Assembly (NCBI GenBank): GCA_012295275.1
Contig: CM022665.1
Coordinates: 25,544,001-25,608,000, forward strand
Source of the DNA: Chrysomallon squamiferum
Taxonomy: Eukaryota; Animalia; Mollusca
Direction: 5' to 3'
DNA: 64,000 nt
The notes below the pieces were generated by a model. It saw nothing but the letters and a program-made list of their open reading frames with translations. It did not search any database and had not been told where the DNA came from. A program made the position numbers and the translations under genes. Below are positions 26,294-50,970 of the stretch, piece after piece. Every line of letters begins with the position of its first letter. Positions within the stretch are counted from its first letter, which is position 1.

Positions 26294-29200
26294 TCATCAA
26301 TTTCATCGTATCATCTGAGCCGAGTCCTAGGAACAGGTAACCGGTCCAGTGACTGATCATCTGATGGTGAAACAGTTCCTGTAACTATAGTGATAATTAG
26401 ACCAATTTAGCATCAAAAAGAATAATAATAATATAAAAACAAAATAAAAGCATAAGAAAAAGAGAAAGAAGATAAACTTTTCTTACCAGATACACAGCAT
26501 ACTGACAGATACACAGCTGTGATACGAATTTTGTGATGTTGATGTTAACTAAACATATTTTGACATTTGTCCAAACTTTATATATTGTGTAATTCATGTT
26601 GTTCAAGTACTTCAAATGGAATGTAAACTTTATAAAAAAATATATATATTATTATTTTTTTATATATTTTATTTCAATATTTGTGTCAGTTTTTATGTTT
26701 TATCTACTTATTCTTATTTTTTTTTATTTTTCTGTCCTGAATTAAAGAAAATTAATTTTGTAATGTGTTTGTTTCTATTTATGCACAGCTAAAAATGGCA
26801 GTAATCTAAACAGACATGCATTAGTACAGAGAATACTTACTACAATGCATTATTGCTAGAGATTAAAAAATGCAGGTGGAAGATTTTATGAAATAAACAT
26901 TTCTTATGGTTGAACATTTAAAGAATCTAATTTTTTTCCACATTAAGACACTATTTATATAGTCAAAACTGATAAAACTAAAGATAAAAAAGAAAACAAA
27001 GCAAACTATTAGTAGTGTTGCATCTTCTAAGTATTTGTACACTGGGTTTATCAAATTATGTGGTTTGGGAAAAAAGAATCACTAGGTAATAATTTAATGT
27101 TTTATTATTTAAAAAAAAAAAAAAAAAAAAAAACATTAAAAAAAAGGCAGAATTAGTTTTGTCAAATATATCTGTTTAGGCAAAATGCAGGTGATAAGCA
27201 AAGATAACTCAGAACTGTTTTGATGTGTTTTGTTATTCAAATCATTTAGTAAATTTATAACTTGAATTCTTAAGCAAATTATTAAAAAAAAAAATATAAT
27301 AATAATCACACATATAAATTGCTAAAACAGCCCCATGAATCCATTTTAAATGGGTAGCTACAAATCTTTCTAGGACTTCCTATACTTCTTGTATAACGTG
27401 GCAGATAAGAAAATTACTTTGTTGAAATTAGATTGACATGATTTCGTTTAAAATGTAATCAAATAATTATGCTACAGTACAGCTTAGAGATCTTTTCTTT
27501 TCTTTTGGTTTGATTTAGTGTTTTCTCCAAAATATAACATCAAAACAAAAAGAGAAACAGGCAGACCAATGAACTATTTAATGAACATGTGGACAGAAAA
27601 ATGAACATGTGCGAGTAATACAAAAATGGGTAAATAAGTAAAACAGCAATATTTATGCATATTTATATTTGATACAATTTCATCTGCTGCAAATGTCTAT
27701 AAGGCACACACGGTTAATCAGTCCATGCTTTTGTATTGCAAGTTGGTGCATATTTATTGGATAAAATAAACATTAAATAATTAACAATAAGTGAAGTACA
27801 TTAGCTTTATAAAGAAACAGTAAACGTAAACCACATGTGGTTACAAATGAGGTTAATAGGAAACTCAGTGTAATACTTGACTGTTATTAAAAAAACAGTT
27901 GCAATTTAGAAAAGAAATCACATTCCTTTTCGTTCATTTCACAATTATTTTTAAACCCAGCTATAGATATTTTGAAAAACATGATAATAATAGTAAATTA
28001 CATTAAATTCTTTAATCTATTACTAAATAATGTTCTCAAAAATACATAATAAACATGATTTAATATCCATTTAATTATTAACTATTTGTTACAAATACAG
28101 CAGTATCTGTCTTGTACAGACACCCATGGGGTGGAGCAAAAGTGTCCTTACATTGCAGGTGTCCTGTCTTCAGAGGGACAAAATTACAGAAAATATTTTT
28201 GTATGTATTTACAATTTTTATTCACATCCATCATACTAGTACCCAGAACAAAACAAATCGCTGTGGCCAAGCATTGCCAGAGAAAGCATCACAGCTTTCC
28301 CCTAAAATACAACTGAAAATATATCATTGATGGATATAAATAAAGTTTATTTTGCATGTCATAAAACTCGTAATAAGCATTAAATATATTTTTGTTTTAA
28401 AAGACAATGGGTTTGAAATCCAAACAGAGCTCTGGTTTGTGCCAGCTGTACTATCTTTTACTGCTAAGACATGTTGTTTATAAAACAAATATACATGGAA
28501 TGATGCTGAACATTTGAATGGTCAAAATTAGATATCAAATGGTTTGAACTTGTAGTCTGGCAGGCAAGCGTTTGACAATTGCAGTTTGCAGGTTTGTGCG
28601 ATTTGACAAAAACAACACTCCCTGCATGCAGTATGTAGGCACAAAATGGGCAATGCCATCTTATAAAGTTGTTTATTTTTGAGAAAAAAAATCCAAATTG
28701 GTATGACTGTCTGCTTGATTAAAATTATTTGAAAAATGCTATTTGCATCCACATTCAGCAGGTGTCCACTGATCTAAGGGAAATATCTACCGAAAAGCAG
28801 TCGGGACTTGGAAATATCCATACATCAAAGTGGCTGCTTATCCCAACGAGCCACAAAAGACAGATACCACTGTACAGTTAAAATCTACAAACACAGCCAT
28901 TACAGTAAATACAGTATATTATCATCAATTAATTGGTTTATTACATTTTCTTATTTATAAATTGTGCAAATGCTTTCAGAATTACTACTCTACAAAAATA
29001 TAAATATTACTGGCATGAAATTACATTAAAAAATGGACTTGATAATCAGTCTAACATTCGCATTAGTGAATCATTTTTTTTAATAATGCAACTGAAATAA
29101 CTATAGGTGTGTATAATAATGACAAATCCCAGTATTATTTATGAATGCATAGCTATAAATAGTGATACATATTGATGATCCCATAATCAAAATTCAGATT

Positions 29201-29399
29201 TTGGAATACAAGAATAAAACCAGATAATTGTTTTTAACTGTAAACCCAAATGAAAAACATACAGCTTATTCAGAGAGTCTCCAGGATTTTATGAAATAAT
29301 GTTTGTGTATGCTAAACCACTGATACAGTGACGCACATCAGTTACAACTGTTACAGCAGTGATGAGAAATGTGGACTGTTTACAGATTTAAAAAATCTA

Positions 29400-30310
29400 T
29401 TACCATACCAGACACTGGTCTAGATGAGAATTAATTTGAGAATCAGGGATACGAGTTTTACACACAGGACATGGATGTACTGGTTCAACCACTGAAGACC
29501 CACTCTTTCCTGGACTCATCATTGTTCTGATATCAACATTTGCTCTGGAATTCACTTGTGCATTGTCTTTGCTTTGTTTCATTTTCTGCCCATTTTCCTC
29601 CACTGAACTTTTGATTCTTTTAATCAAAGGTTTTACTTCGGCAGAAGAATCATCATCACTTTCAGACTCCATTGCTACCAGAGAGTTTTTAGATTCTATT
29701 TTTCTCTTAAAAATTTCAGTCTCACTACTGCGTTTATGATGTTGTGACCCCGAACTGCAATGAGGAGGCATATTTAATATCTTTCTTTCCAGTGCAAGAA
29801 ATGACAGTCCAATTTCACCAACGCCCAATGTATGACCCACCCCAGTAAACCTTGCTGCAGTATGTTGTTTGGTTGTCTTATTGATTGTCTGAATAAGACT
29901 GCTGTTTTCACTACTGGAAGAAGCACTGTCTTCATCACTAGTTTCCATTTTATTCCAGATCGTCTGAATTCTTGCTTTGCCCATGGAAGGAATTTTGGAT
30001 TTTGTTTCAGTTTCAGCAGTGTGAATTTTGGTTGATATAGTATGTGTATTTGCTTGTCCATTTTGTGTCATGGAATTCCATTTATCAGAGCTATCACTTG
30101 GTTTGGCATTTGATGGTTCTGGTGTTGAGTAAACTTCATCTTTGAACAAATCCTCAGAAATCCATTCATCCTCTGAACTGTCTGTATCGTTTGGTAATTT
30201 TTTAATTTTAGGTTCTTTATTGACTTTATTATCATATTGATTTATACTTGCATTGTTTGACTTAGTTGACAAGAAAGAGCGAATATCTATGGTATTCTTG
30301 CTTGTAGTGT
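29400..30310 (-). CDS. SPRTN: SPRTN terminal exon 6 (SHP box, UBZ4)
   Basis: cag|AC ACT ACA...; FTGVGHTLG; CPVCKTRIPDSQINSHLDQCLVW*. Confidence 0.93.
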
Positions 30311-33300
30311 CTGAAATTAAAACAAACATTAATACACATTATTTTTATTTGTCTAATAAAAATACAAGGAGTATACTACAATGCTGTTTTAAAACATTTT
30401 CCTCTATTTATATAAAAATATTTAAGGAAGTGCATTTTAACCAGAATTATTTTGAAGAGTTACGAAAGCGACATTATATTGTTATTCCATTTAATAATGT
30501 TGAGTTAGTCTGTTCATTATTTTAAACAGTATTTTACCCAACTCCATTATTTCTACACTCATATTAACATGATCTCTATTATCTTTATATTTATTTTAAT
30601 ATGTTTAAGTTCATTTATTCTCATCTTTTAATTTATTAATTAAGCATACATGATCATTCCTAGCATGGAAAGGGTGCTATAAAAATATAGCATAACAATA
30701 ACAATAATAAGAAGAAGTCATTGTTCACACCTGTGAAAATACATCAGAAATGGTTGGGTTTTTAAAAATATTAAATGTCTGTTATTCATAAAAATAGCAC
30801 AATTACAACTTACTGATATTATTAACAATGATGTTTTTCTTAAAAATAACTACAAATCTTAACACCAAAGAGTGTCATACATGAAACCTAGGAATAAACA
30901 TAAGGAAAAAAAACCCAAAGAAACATAAAACATACCTTTAGATATTTTTGTACCCATTTTTGATTCAGTTCTTTTTTTCTTCTTCTGTCCAAATCCCTCA
31001 GGTTCTTTAACTTTGACATAAGTCCCTCCACATGATCTCTGATGTTCTCCCCACCAGGGATCTCTTGGTGATGGGGCTCTGTTCATGGATCGTTTAACAT
31101 AACCAAAGTAGGGTCGTCTCTGCTGACACGGTCCATTGCATCTCCACCAGTGTTGTCTGTAACTGTCCACCTCATCATGAAACTCATGATAAACCTGTTC
31201 AAAATTATTTAGTTTCCTATATAAATGATATATTTAAAAATATTTTTCAAAATTAAAAGAACAGCAACTTTATTTATAAAAAATGATTTAAATTTTTTTT
31301 TTGTAACATTAAACTTCAAACATTTTTATTCTATGATTATGAGATATCACAGAGACACTTAAAGACCAATCAAATAATTATACGGGAAACTTATTACTGT
31401 TACCTAATGATTTACTTTTATCTGATTAGCACAAAGAATTTTTTTATATACAAAATCTACAAAAATATTGCATTTGTAAGCAAAAAGCATGAATAAAAAC
31501 AATGATGTAATAGTAACATCACTTAATTATTATAGGAAAATATTTGTCAGTAATTAAAAAAAGAACAAATATGATTAGAAGAATTTGTTTAGAATTTTAT
31601 TAAGAAAGTATTTAATTTGTCTGTATGTATGCCATATATCTTTAATTCTGGTACAGCTTTAGGTAAACTGAAATATCCTATTTCACAACAAATATTTATG
31701 TAAAAGACCAACAAATAAGTATTACTGAAAGCTGAGAAATTAATAAACAAAATATAATACTTTACTTACTGTAATCTTTGTACCACTTTCCTTATTAATT
31801 CTGTACATGTGTTTATGAAATTCTGGCCCATGTCCATCATGATCCTGAAACAAAACAAAGAGTATAAATTTATCTATTTGATGACTAGCATTTATATAAA
31901 ACTTAATTTTTTCCCGCACAAATTACCATACTTATTTTCCCATTTTCATGTCATAATTTGTTTTTGAATATAAATGCTTGCAGTTAAATATAATATTTAA
32001 TCACTGGGAATATTCTTAAAATTCTTGTAAATAAAGATAATATACCTAAATATTATGTTAACAGAAAAATAATGGAATTTAATAAACTTGAGAATGCTGT
32101 TAGAATCTTACTTTGTTATTGTCAGTTACAAACAAATAGGCATGGATCATCTCATGCTGAAAATACAAAAACATATTTCATAGGTATTAATTTATCTATG
32201 TTAACGGCTATTTCACAGAATAATATTTTTTTTAAACTTATTTTCTCAAATTAAAAATACATGAATCTGTTCTAAAATTCAGAAGGGATGAAAATATATT
32301 TAACTTTAAACTATCAATGAATTAACAATGTTCTGATCTGCAATAAACAACTTTTTAAAATAATATATATACATATATAATTAATTAATTATACTCACCA
32401 ACAGAGTTTCTACAAGGTCTTTCCTAGGACGAAGTCGCAATAGTGGTAAACTGAGTCTAACAGAACAAAGTCCTCCCCTCCCTTCATAGCAACATATTCC
32501 AGCACATCTAGTAACAAAAATTGATAAAATTTTATCAATATACTTTTATGTCTGTGATTTGATTGTCACTGTTTTCCATTAAAATAGATCATGTGATGCA
32601 GGATTTGATATTTATTAATTTGTTTAAAATACTTTATATAAATGATTTAACTATATTTGTAATGAACATTAACCGTGGGAAAAATGTTGAAAAACTAGTT
32701 ATACATTTGCAAGAGTTGACAGAAAAAGTTATTTTACTTTTTAACTTTAACTGAGTGGTCACATTAATGTGTTATGTTTTGTGTGTCAATTGATACATTT
32801 AACTACATGCAAAAAATAAGCCAAATTTAATATTAATGATCATCAAATCAGAGAATAAAAATACTGTCTGTTTAGCTGTCAATATTTTATTATTTATGAC
32901 ATATAAGGTATAAAATTGTTATTAAAACAACTCATTAACTGGGTTAACATCGCTAAAACATGTTTAAAAAAAAAAAAATAAAAAAATAAAAAACTTTTTA
33001 GTATTTATAAAAATATTCATAATTATTATAATGAAAGTATTTTTACGCTGTCATTCTTGGACTCCATTTTACTTCAATTCCACCAAGTCGTCCTTTGAAA
33101 AAGCGTTCGTTGTACTGTAGAAAAAGGGCTCTTATGTCCGGATTGGGATCTATCAATTCCCACTGGGGATCGATAAGGGAAAGTGTTGTCGTTTCATTTG
33201 TAGATCTTGGGAGAAAATTAGATGCTACTCCACTTTCACCGATTTCATTGTTAAACTGCTCCTGTAATTTCAAAGCTAAACTGAAATCATCAGTTTCCAT

Positions 33301-33336
33301 GTCATCATATTTTGTATCCCATTCATACCAATCCAT
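29400..33336 (-). CDS. SPRTN: SprT-like DNA-dependent metalloprotease Spartan (SPRTN/DVC1), spliced gene, 562 aa
   Basis: Exons (minus): 33047-33336, 32399-32507, 32112-32156, 31770-31844, 30936-31194, 29400-30310; 1689 nt, phases consistent. Motifs: N-terminal DDFSLALKLQEQF, WELIDPNPDIRALF, HEMIH zinc site, HGPEF, WWRCNGPC...WWGEHQRSCGG zinc-binding domain, SHP box FTGVGHTLG, C-terminal UBZ4 CPVC...INSHLDQCL. Confidence 0.96.
30936..31194 (-). CDS. SPRTN: SPRTN exon 5 (zinc-binding domain and basic region)
   Basis: VYHEFHDEVDSYRQHWWRCNGPCQQRRPYFGYVKRSMNRAPSPRDPWWGEHQRSCGGTYVKVKEPE..., cag/gtatgt. Confidence 0.96.
31770..31844 (-). CDS. SPRTN: SPRTN exon 4
   Basis: DHDGHGPEFHKHMYRINKESGTKIT, cag/gtaagt. 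Confidence 0.96.
32112..32156 (-). CDS. SPRTN: SPRTN exon 3 (catalytic HExxH)
   Basis: 45-nt exon HEMIHAYLFVTDNNK, cag/gtaaga. Confidence 0.96.
32399..32507 (-). CDS. SPRTN: SPRTN exon 2
   Basis: CAGICCYEGRGGLCSVRLSLPLLRLRPRKDLVETLL, tag/gtgagt. Confidence 0.96.
33047..33336 (-). CDS. SPRTN: SPRTN exon 1
   Basis: MDWYEW...WELIDPNPDIRALFLQYNERFFKGRLGGIEVKWSPRMT, GC|gtaaaa. Confidence 0.92.
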
Positions 33337-34187
33337 ATCCCCAGTGGGTTTAACACTTGTTCATTCGCAGTTACCCGCCATGATTAAAGGTCAAAGTTCG
33401 ATGACAATGCTGATATCCGTTCGAACGGACACATGAGTAAGAAATGTAATGTCTTAAATCATCTTTTAAAGTGTGGACTGAACACCAACATTTTTAAACT
33501 TCCCAGACATTAAAATGTTGTTTTTATTTTTATTTTTTTCAACAATTTCTGCAATTTAATAAAATCATTATTATTAAATTTAGTAAAAATCGAAACAAAC
33601 AAAAATAATTAATTATAATGCACTTCAGTATATTAACATACACTGTACGGTGTCGAATAAAAATAACTGGATGCCCTGGACTAGGAGACCTTATGATCCA
33701 AAGTTAATAAGATATTTCTGTTTACCAGAAACAAAACTCGTCCTCTTCCTTATCTACTCAATGAATTTTAGTATTTAATTAAGATATTCACACAGATATG
33801 TTTCAACATTACACCGTATACAAAATCAGAAAAGTTTCTTTCGAGGTTTTGTGGATGCTAAATTACCGTCTCAGATGAAATAATTAAAATAAATGATAAC
33901 ATTTCTGATTTTCATTTTTCATTTTTTTATATTAGGTAGGAGGCCAAGGTCCTTCAAGGTCATGAGACTCTGGCTGTAGCCCGCTCAGACAATAATCATG
34001 TTAATGCATGTACATGTTACGTTTTATATCGTATATTCTAGAAATAATTACTAGAAAAGATGTGATTAAAGTTAAATTGGATTATCATTTTTCTCTTTTT
34101 CGCATGCTTTTTCATTTTGTATGTTCATATTGTGATTTTGAGTATTAGAATGTGTATGCGTATGTGCGTGCGTCTGTATTGATGTAT

Positions 34188-34189
<2 letters not shown>

Positions 34190-34247
<58 letters not shown>
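34190..34247. repeat. (GA)n microsatellite between the divergent SPRTN and TTBK genes
   Basis: Read directly from the sequence. Confidence 0.9.
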
Positions 34248-34251
<4 letters not shown>

Positions 34252-34822
34252 AAAACAACCCCAAACCACCATCTAAATTATACTGTAATGCTGTATTTTC
34301 TGTGTATCATTTAAAGAAAACAAAAATTTAAAATAATAATAATAATAGTAGAACAGAATAGAACAGTATAAATCAAGCAAATTAAAATAGCTGAACCGGC
34401 AAGTCGCTCGAATTTGGCTATAAAATAGAAACTCTATACTAAACACCCACTGTATTTTTAAATGAATAAATAAATAAATAAATAAAAATAATTATAATAT
34501 ACTGAACGAATTACATATATTACAATTATGTGCCATTTGGTCTTAAAGCAAACTTTACAATTATTTACTAATGGCAACTAATACATGTATATATAATGTC
34601 GAAAGTCGGACTTTCAAACTCTGGTACCTTGTCTTTAAAAATAATTGATTAAAATCAGCCTTAAATCGACCTCATGTAGAAATAAAGCACTTATTTATAT
34701 AATATCTGGTTCTGTAAGAAAATGAAAGTTTATCAGCATTAAATACAAATAATTTGTGCTATTATTGCGGGTTTTTCTCGCATGAAGTTAAAGCCTGATT
34801 ATTGCTTCGAATTAACTATTGA

Positions 34823-34853
<31 letters not shown>

Positions 34854-35143
34854 GAATGAATGTGAACATATTATTGCAGACAGTTAAATTTTAGAATGCA
34901 AATTTTATCATTAATTAATGAGAAAATATTTTTATGCAAATCTAAATGTGATTAATCGGTATTCGGATTATAGTTCAGCTGATTTTTAAACTCAGTAACA
35001 AACTAAAATATATATATATATATTTTAAATCTGACAAGTATAATAATCTATTCTTGTATTTTGAAATCTACGCACAGTGCATTTCCAGTATTTACACATA
35101 ACACCAACACTCTTTTTAAGAGTCGTGTAGATGATTTTTAATG

Positions 35144-35144
<1 letters not shown>

Positions 35145-35203
<59 letters not shown>
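35145..35203. repeat. (TTG)n(TTA)n compound microsatellite
   Basis: Read directly from the sequence. Confidence 0.9.
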
Positions 35204-35204
<1 letters not shown>

Positions 35205-35549
35205 GTGTGTATGTGTTATATTTCGTTATTAATTAAAAATGGACGGCAACAAATAAAACATTTAATAAGTGTGACAGTAAATGAGTAATTTATTTAAATG
35301 ATTTTTTTCGTTCCATAGTAGGAATACTTCAAGTTAATTTCAAGAATAAGTCAAATTATTTGCAGTTAAATATGTAATTTAATTAGTTTTACTGAAAGTT
35401 TATCATACTGTTTAACAATTACATGGCAAATCAATGCAAAAACCAATAAAAAGGAATAGGGACAAGACATTTTCATGACAGCATTTGATAATAGTTGTAT
35501 AGGGTATACGATAAACATATAACCTTGACATTGCAATTTTGACCCTACT

Positions 35550-35664
35550 TTGACATCCGGAAGTAATCAACAGAGCGACATACCTTAGCAAAATGACATG
35601 AATTTATAATATATAATCTTTGTGCAATGTTATGATCTCCAGAAACCTGTTGTACTTATTTGCA
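35550..35664 (+). promoter_or_regulatory. Putative TTBK core promoter and first (leader) exon
   Basis: ETS/GABP-type CCGGAAGT at ~35557-35564 and a strong donor GCA|gtaagt at 35664/35665 that can splice to the acceptor at 38293. The transcription start is inferred. Confidence 0.55.
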
Positions 35665-38376
35665 GTAAGTATATCGTTTTTCATTTAAAACATTGTTTTT
35701 AGTGTATTGAAATGCTGAGAAAAAAAGTTGTATCTATGCAGTTCCAGCTACTAACCAAGAAACTAAGACTTGTTGAAGCAGACAGGACCAGGTTAGCAGA
35801 CACCAGATTGATTATGCCATTAACGTGTCACACCAAAACGTCAGATAATTAAGCAGATAAAATTTGATAGTATTAATTACTTTTTTAATTTTATTAACAC
35901 AATCGGTGATAAGATTGATATAATTTCTTCTGACAAATAACCGACATGAATGTGACGAATTAATTTTCATTCAAACATTATTTAATCATTATTTTATTTG
36001 CATAAATCATTTTAAATAAAGGCAATAGCCATTAGGTCAGTTCTTTTGTAGAATGATAAATATTTTTTGTTTTCTCTTTTGAATTTAAATCTTTGAAGCT
36101 ATTTCACACAAATACTCTGTTAATTGTAATCAAAGCCCTAAACAGTTTTGTAATAACAAAACATGAAAAAAATGTAGTGTAATTTTTAATTTAAATAATT
36201 AAATATAAAATATAATGGACACAATTTTACTGTTTGGTTTTAAGTTATGCTGTCTTTCTTTTTTTTTCTTTTTTTAACTGGATATTTTTTGAGTCTTCAA
36301 ATAAATGCACAAACAATAATTTTATGCATCCCAAATTATTCTGAAATTATTATTAAAGATAATATAATCAATTTAATATTGCTATTTCCCAAGAAGTACA
36401 TTTATAAATCAAAATGCAAACACCAACAACTGCTTTTAACTGATTCCAAAATGTATAAATGTATAAAATGTATAAAATGTAAATATGTCATAACTGTTTA
36501 AGGATAGAATGTGCAAAAGATTTAATTTATTTTTGTTTTATTTTTACCATTATGTACTTGTTTATGTTTCTTGCCATAAAATGCACTTTGTGTTTAATTG
36601 GCAAATATTTAGGATTGTGTTTTCTTGTGTGTGTGTGTGTATGTGTGGGTTTTTTACTGATAATTTGGAGACTTCTGTATTTTAACACATAAATTTACTT
36701 TTATACTTTGTTATATTAGCATGTATTAATTATACAATATTTTCTAAGGTATATTCTTTGGTAAAATAAAAAAATAATAATAAGAATATTTATGCTGTCA
36801 TAAAATTGAAATTTATTTTAATGCTCATTTGATCACTTTTAAATGTTTTATATTTTTATGCTATATATTTGAACAGTGGTTTGTCATTTGTTTGTTGGGG
36901 GTTTTGGGGGGGATTTTTCTAGTTGTTTTATTTTTTTTATTTTTATTTTTTTTGCAAGGGGCCTGATTGGTGTATGTATGTTGACAGGGCTAATTAATTT
37001 GTTAAAGTGTTTCTGAGAAAATAAGAATGTGTTATGGTCTTACAGTTACACATCCATTATTAATTCTTGGATGTAATCACATATGCCAGAATTTAACATT
37101 GCTTAACATTCTGTATATTGTAAAGTAATAGCTGTTTGTGTATGTAATAACATTCATTGTATTTACTATCTTTACATTATGAATTAACCGTTGTCATTTG
37201 AGTTTGTTGAAATAATAAGTTATAACCTTACAAACAATCATTCTAATGCAAATAAGTAATCCTGTTCTTGTTTATCATTTAACTGAAAACAAAAATTAAA
37301 ATTCTAAATTAAGGTTATAAGCTTTTTGGTAATATGAAAAAAAAAAAAAAAGAATAAAAAAAAAAAAAAAACTTTTAACAGGGATTATAAGTCTATGAGG
37401 AAACATTATTGATAATGATTTATTGTCTTTATAAGATAAAAGCTCAAATGGTAATTTTCCTATCTACCCTAATCCAAAAAACACATTAAGAAAAAGATAG
37501 CTGATATATACACTTCACACATACAAGTATATTAACACAGACGACATATTTATTACATCTTGCTGTTACATGTATTCAATAAAAAAAAATCAGAAATTGG
37601 TATGATTACTGTGAAGGTTTTTTTTTGTGTTTGTGTGTGTGTGTGTGTGTGATTGAATTTCATTTTAGTTACATTTTAAGCACGTATTTGCAATGTTATA
37701 TTAAATTTAATTTGCATATATGTATCGTGTATGTGTGTGCATGTCCATATGTCTCTATCAGCTATGATCGAGATTATAATTAATGAAGAAAGTTCATTAG
37801 ATTCACTCAGTGCTAAATAACTTATTCATTAGTGTTACCTACGGCAGTAATTTATGTCTAGATTATGAACTGACATAGCACCTGAATAAATTTATTTAAA
37901 AACAAAAATTAGTATTATAATGTAAATAACTTCAATCACACTTTTTGCCACAATTCTTTTTCTTTGTTCATATACAGCAGTTGTTTGAAATATTACACAG
38001 TTTTTAATTTATAAGAAGATCTGAAACATTAAGCCTGGTTAAAAGCACATATCAGTATTGTAATTTTAATCTTTCAACCTTCAGTTTTCAAACTTACATA
38101 TTCCAATTATTTTTGAAATTAAATGGATCATTTACCATTGCCCTAATCATATTTACTCAGTTAATATGTATATATATATATACATATAACATTTAGAATA
38201 TTATTATCTGTTTTTGAAATTATTACTTGGAATAAGATAAAGTTTTTAAAAATAAAATTATGTATTATGTACTGATCAAGGTTCATTTTTCAGACTTTTG
38301 AAATGAAACACCAGAATGGGCTGAAGGAAACGGTCACTGGTTCTTGCTGGAAGGGAAGTCCACCACCTTTATCGCT

Positions 38377-50101
<11,725 letters not shown>

Positions 50102-50938
50102 GCATGGTCTACTTAGCCATTTTCTCTCCATTATTTTCTGTTGATGTTCATCTTCATTTATCTTATTGTTGGACCCCCGTGAGAGACTTGCACCAATAGG
50201 TAAATAGAACACATATTCTGTTTGCCACATTGGGCTTGGTAAAAAAATTTTTAGATAAAAATCTTAGATTACAGTTGTTTAAAGAAAAACATACAACATG
50301 ATTTAAAATGTATCTTTTTATCAGAATATTTTAAAATATTAAGAACTGAATGTATATTTTACCTTTTTATTTTTTTTTATTTTTAAATTAACTTTGTTTG
50401 TTTCTAATACATTATATAATTATCTTGGTAATGTTGACTTTTAAAACACAAATTTAATGGTATATCTGAATTTCTTAAATTTAATGCATGACATTTTTAA
50501 TATTAATTTAAAGAAATCTTTAATTTTGCTTTCATCTGTACTTTTGGATAATAGTCTTATATTCAGGCCGATGATTAAAAAAAAAAAATATATATATATA
50601 TATTTATTTATTTATTTATTTTTTATTTATTTAAAAAGTCTAAAATGAAATGTTTAAATATATTTTGCAAATACACAGACCAGACAGAAATATGCACTAA
50701 AATTCACTATATCATTTTTCACCCTACATTTTTTAATTGTAAGCTGTTACTATCTGCTTCAAATCTAACCTGATTTCAGTTTAAGACATCATTTGCCCAA
50801 TGTGGTTGTATAACTTATAAAGCACCACTGCTTTGCACATTTTTGTTTCAAGCTTACTTTCAGGGAACAAATGCTTTACTTCAAGATAAACCTGCCAAAT
50901 TTTTATTTCCTTCAAAAACAATGTGTAGCAATTGTTTG

Positions 50939-50970
<32 letters not shown>

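Noticed and set aside
26300-26395. AGGAAC...GTTCCT pairing and a CAG|GTAACC donor-like site after the orphan ORF stop
   Set aside because: The stem is too short, there is no SECIS or snoRNA box arrangement, and no acceptor could be assigned.
33095-33436. 113-aa plus-strand ORF over SPRTN exon 1
   Set aside because: Antisense shadow with a non-ATG start and no motifs.
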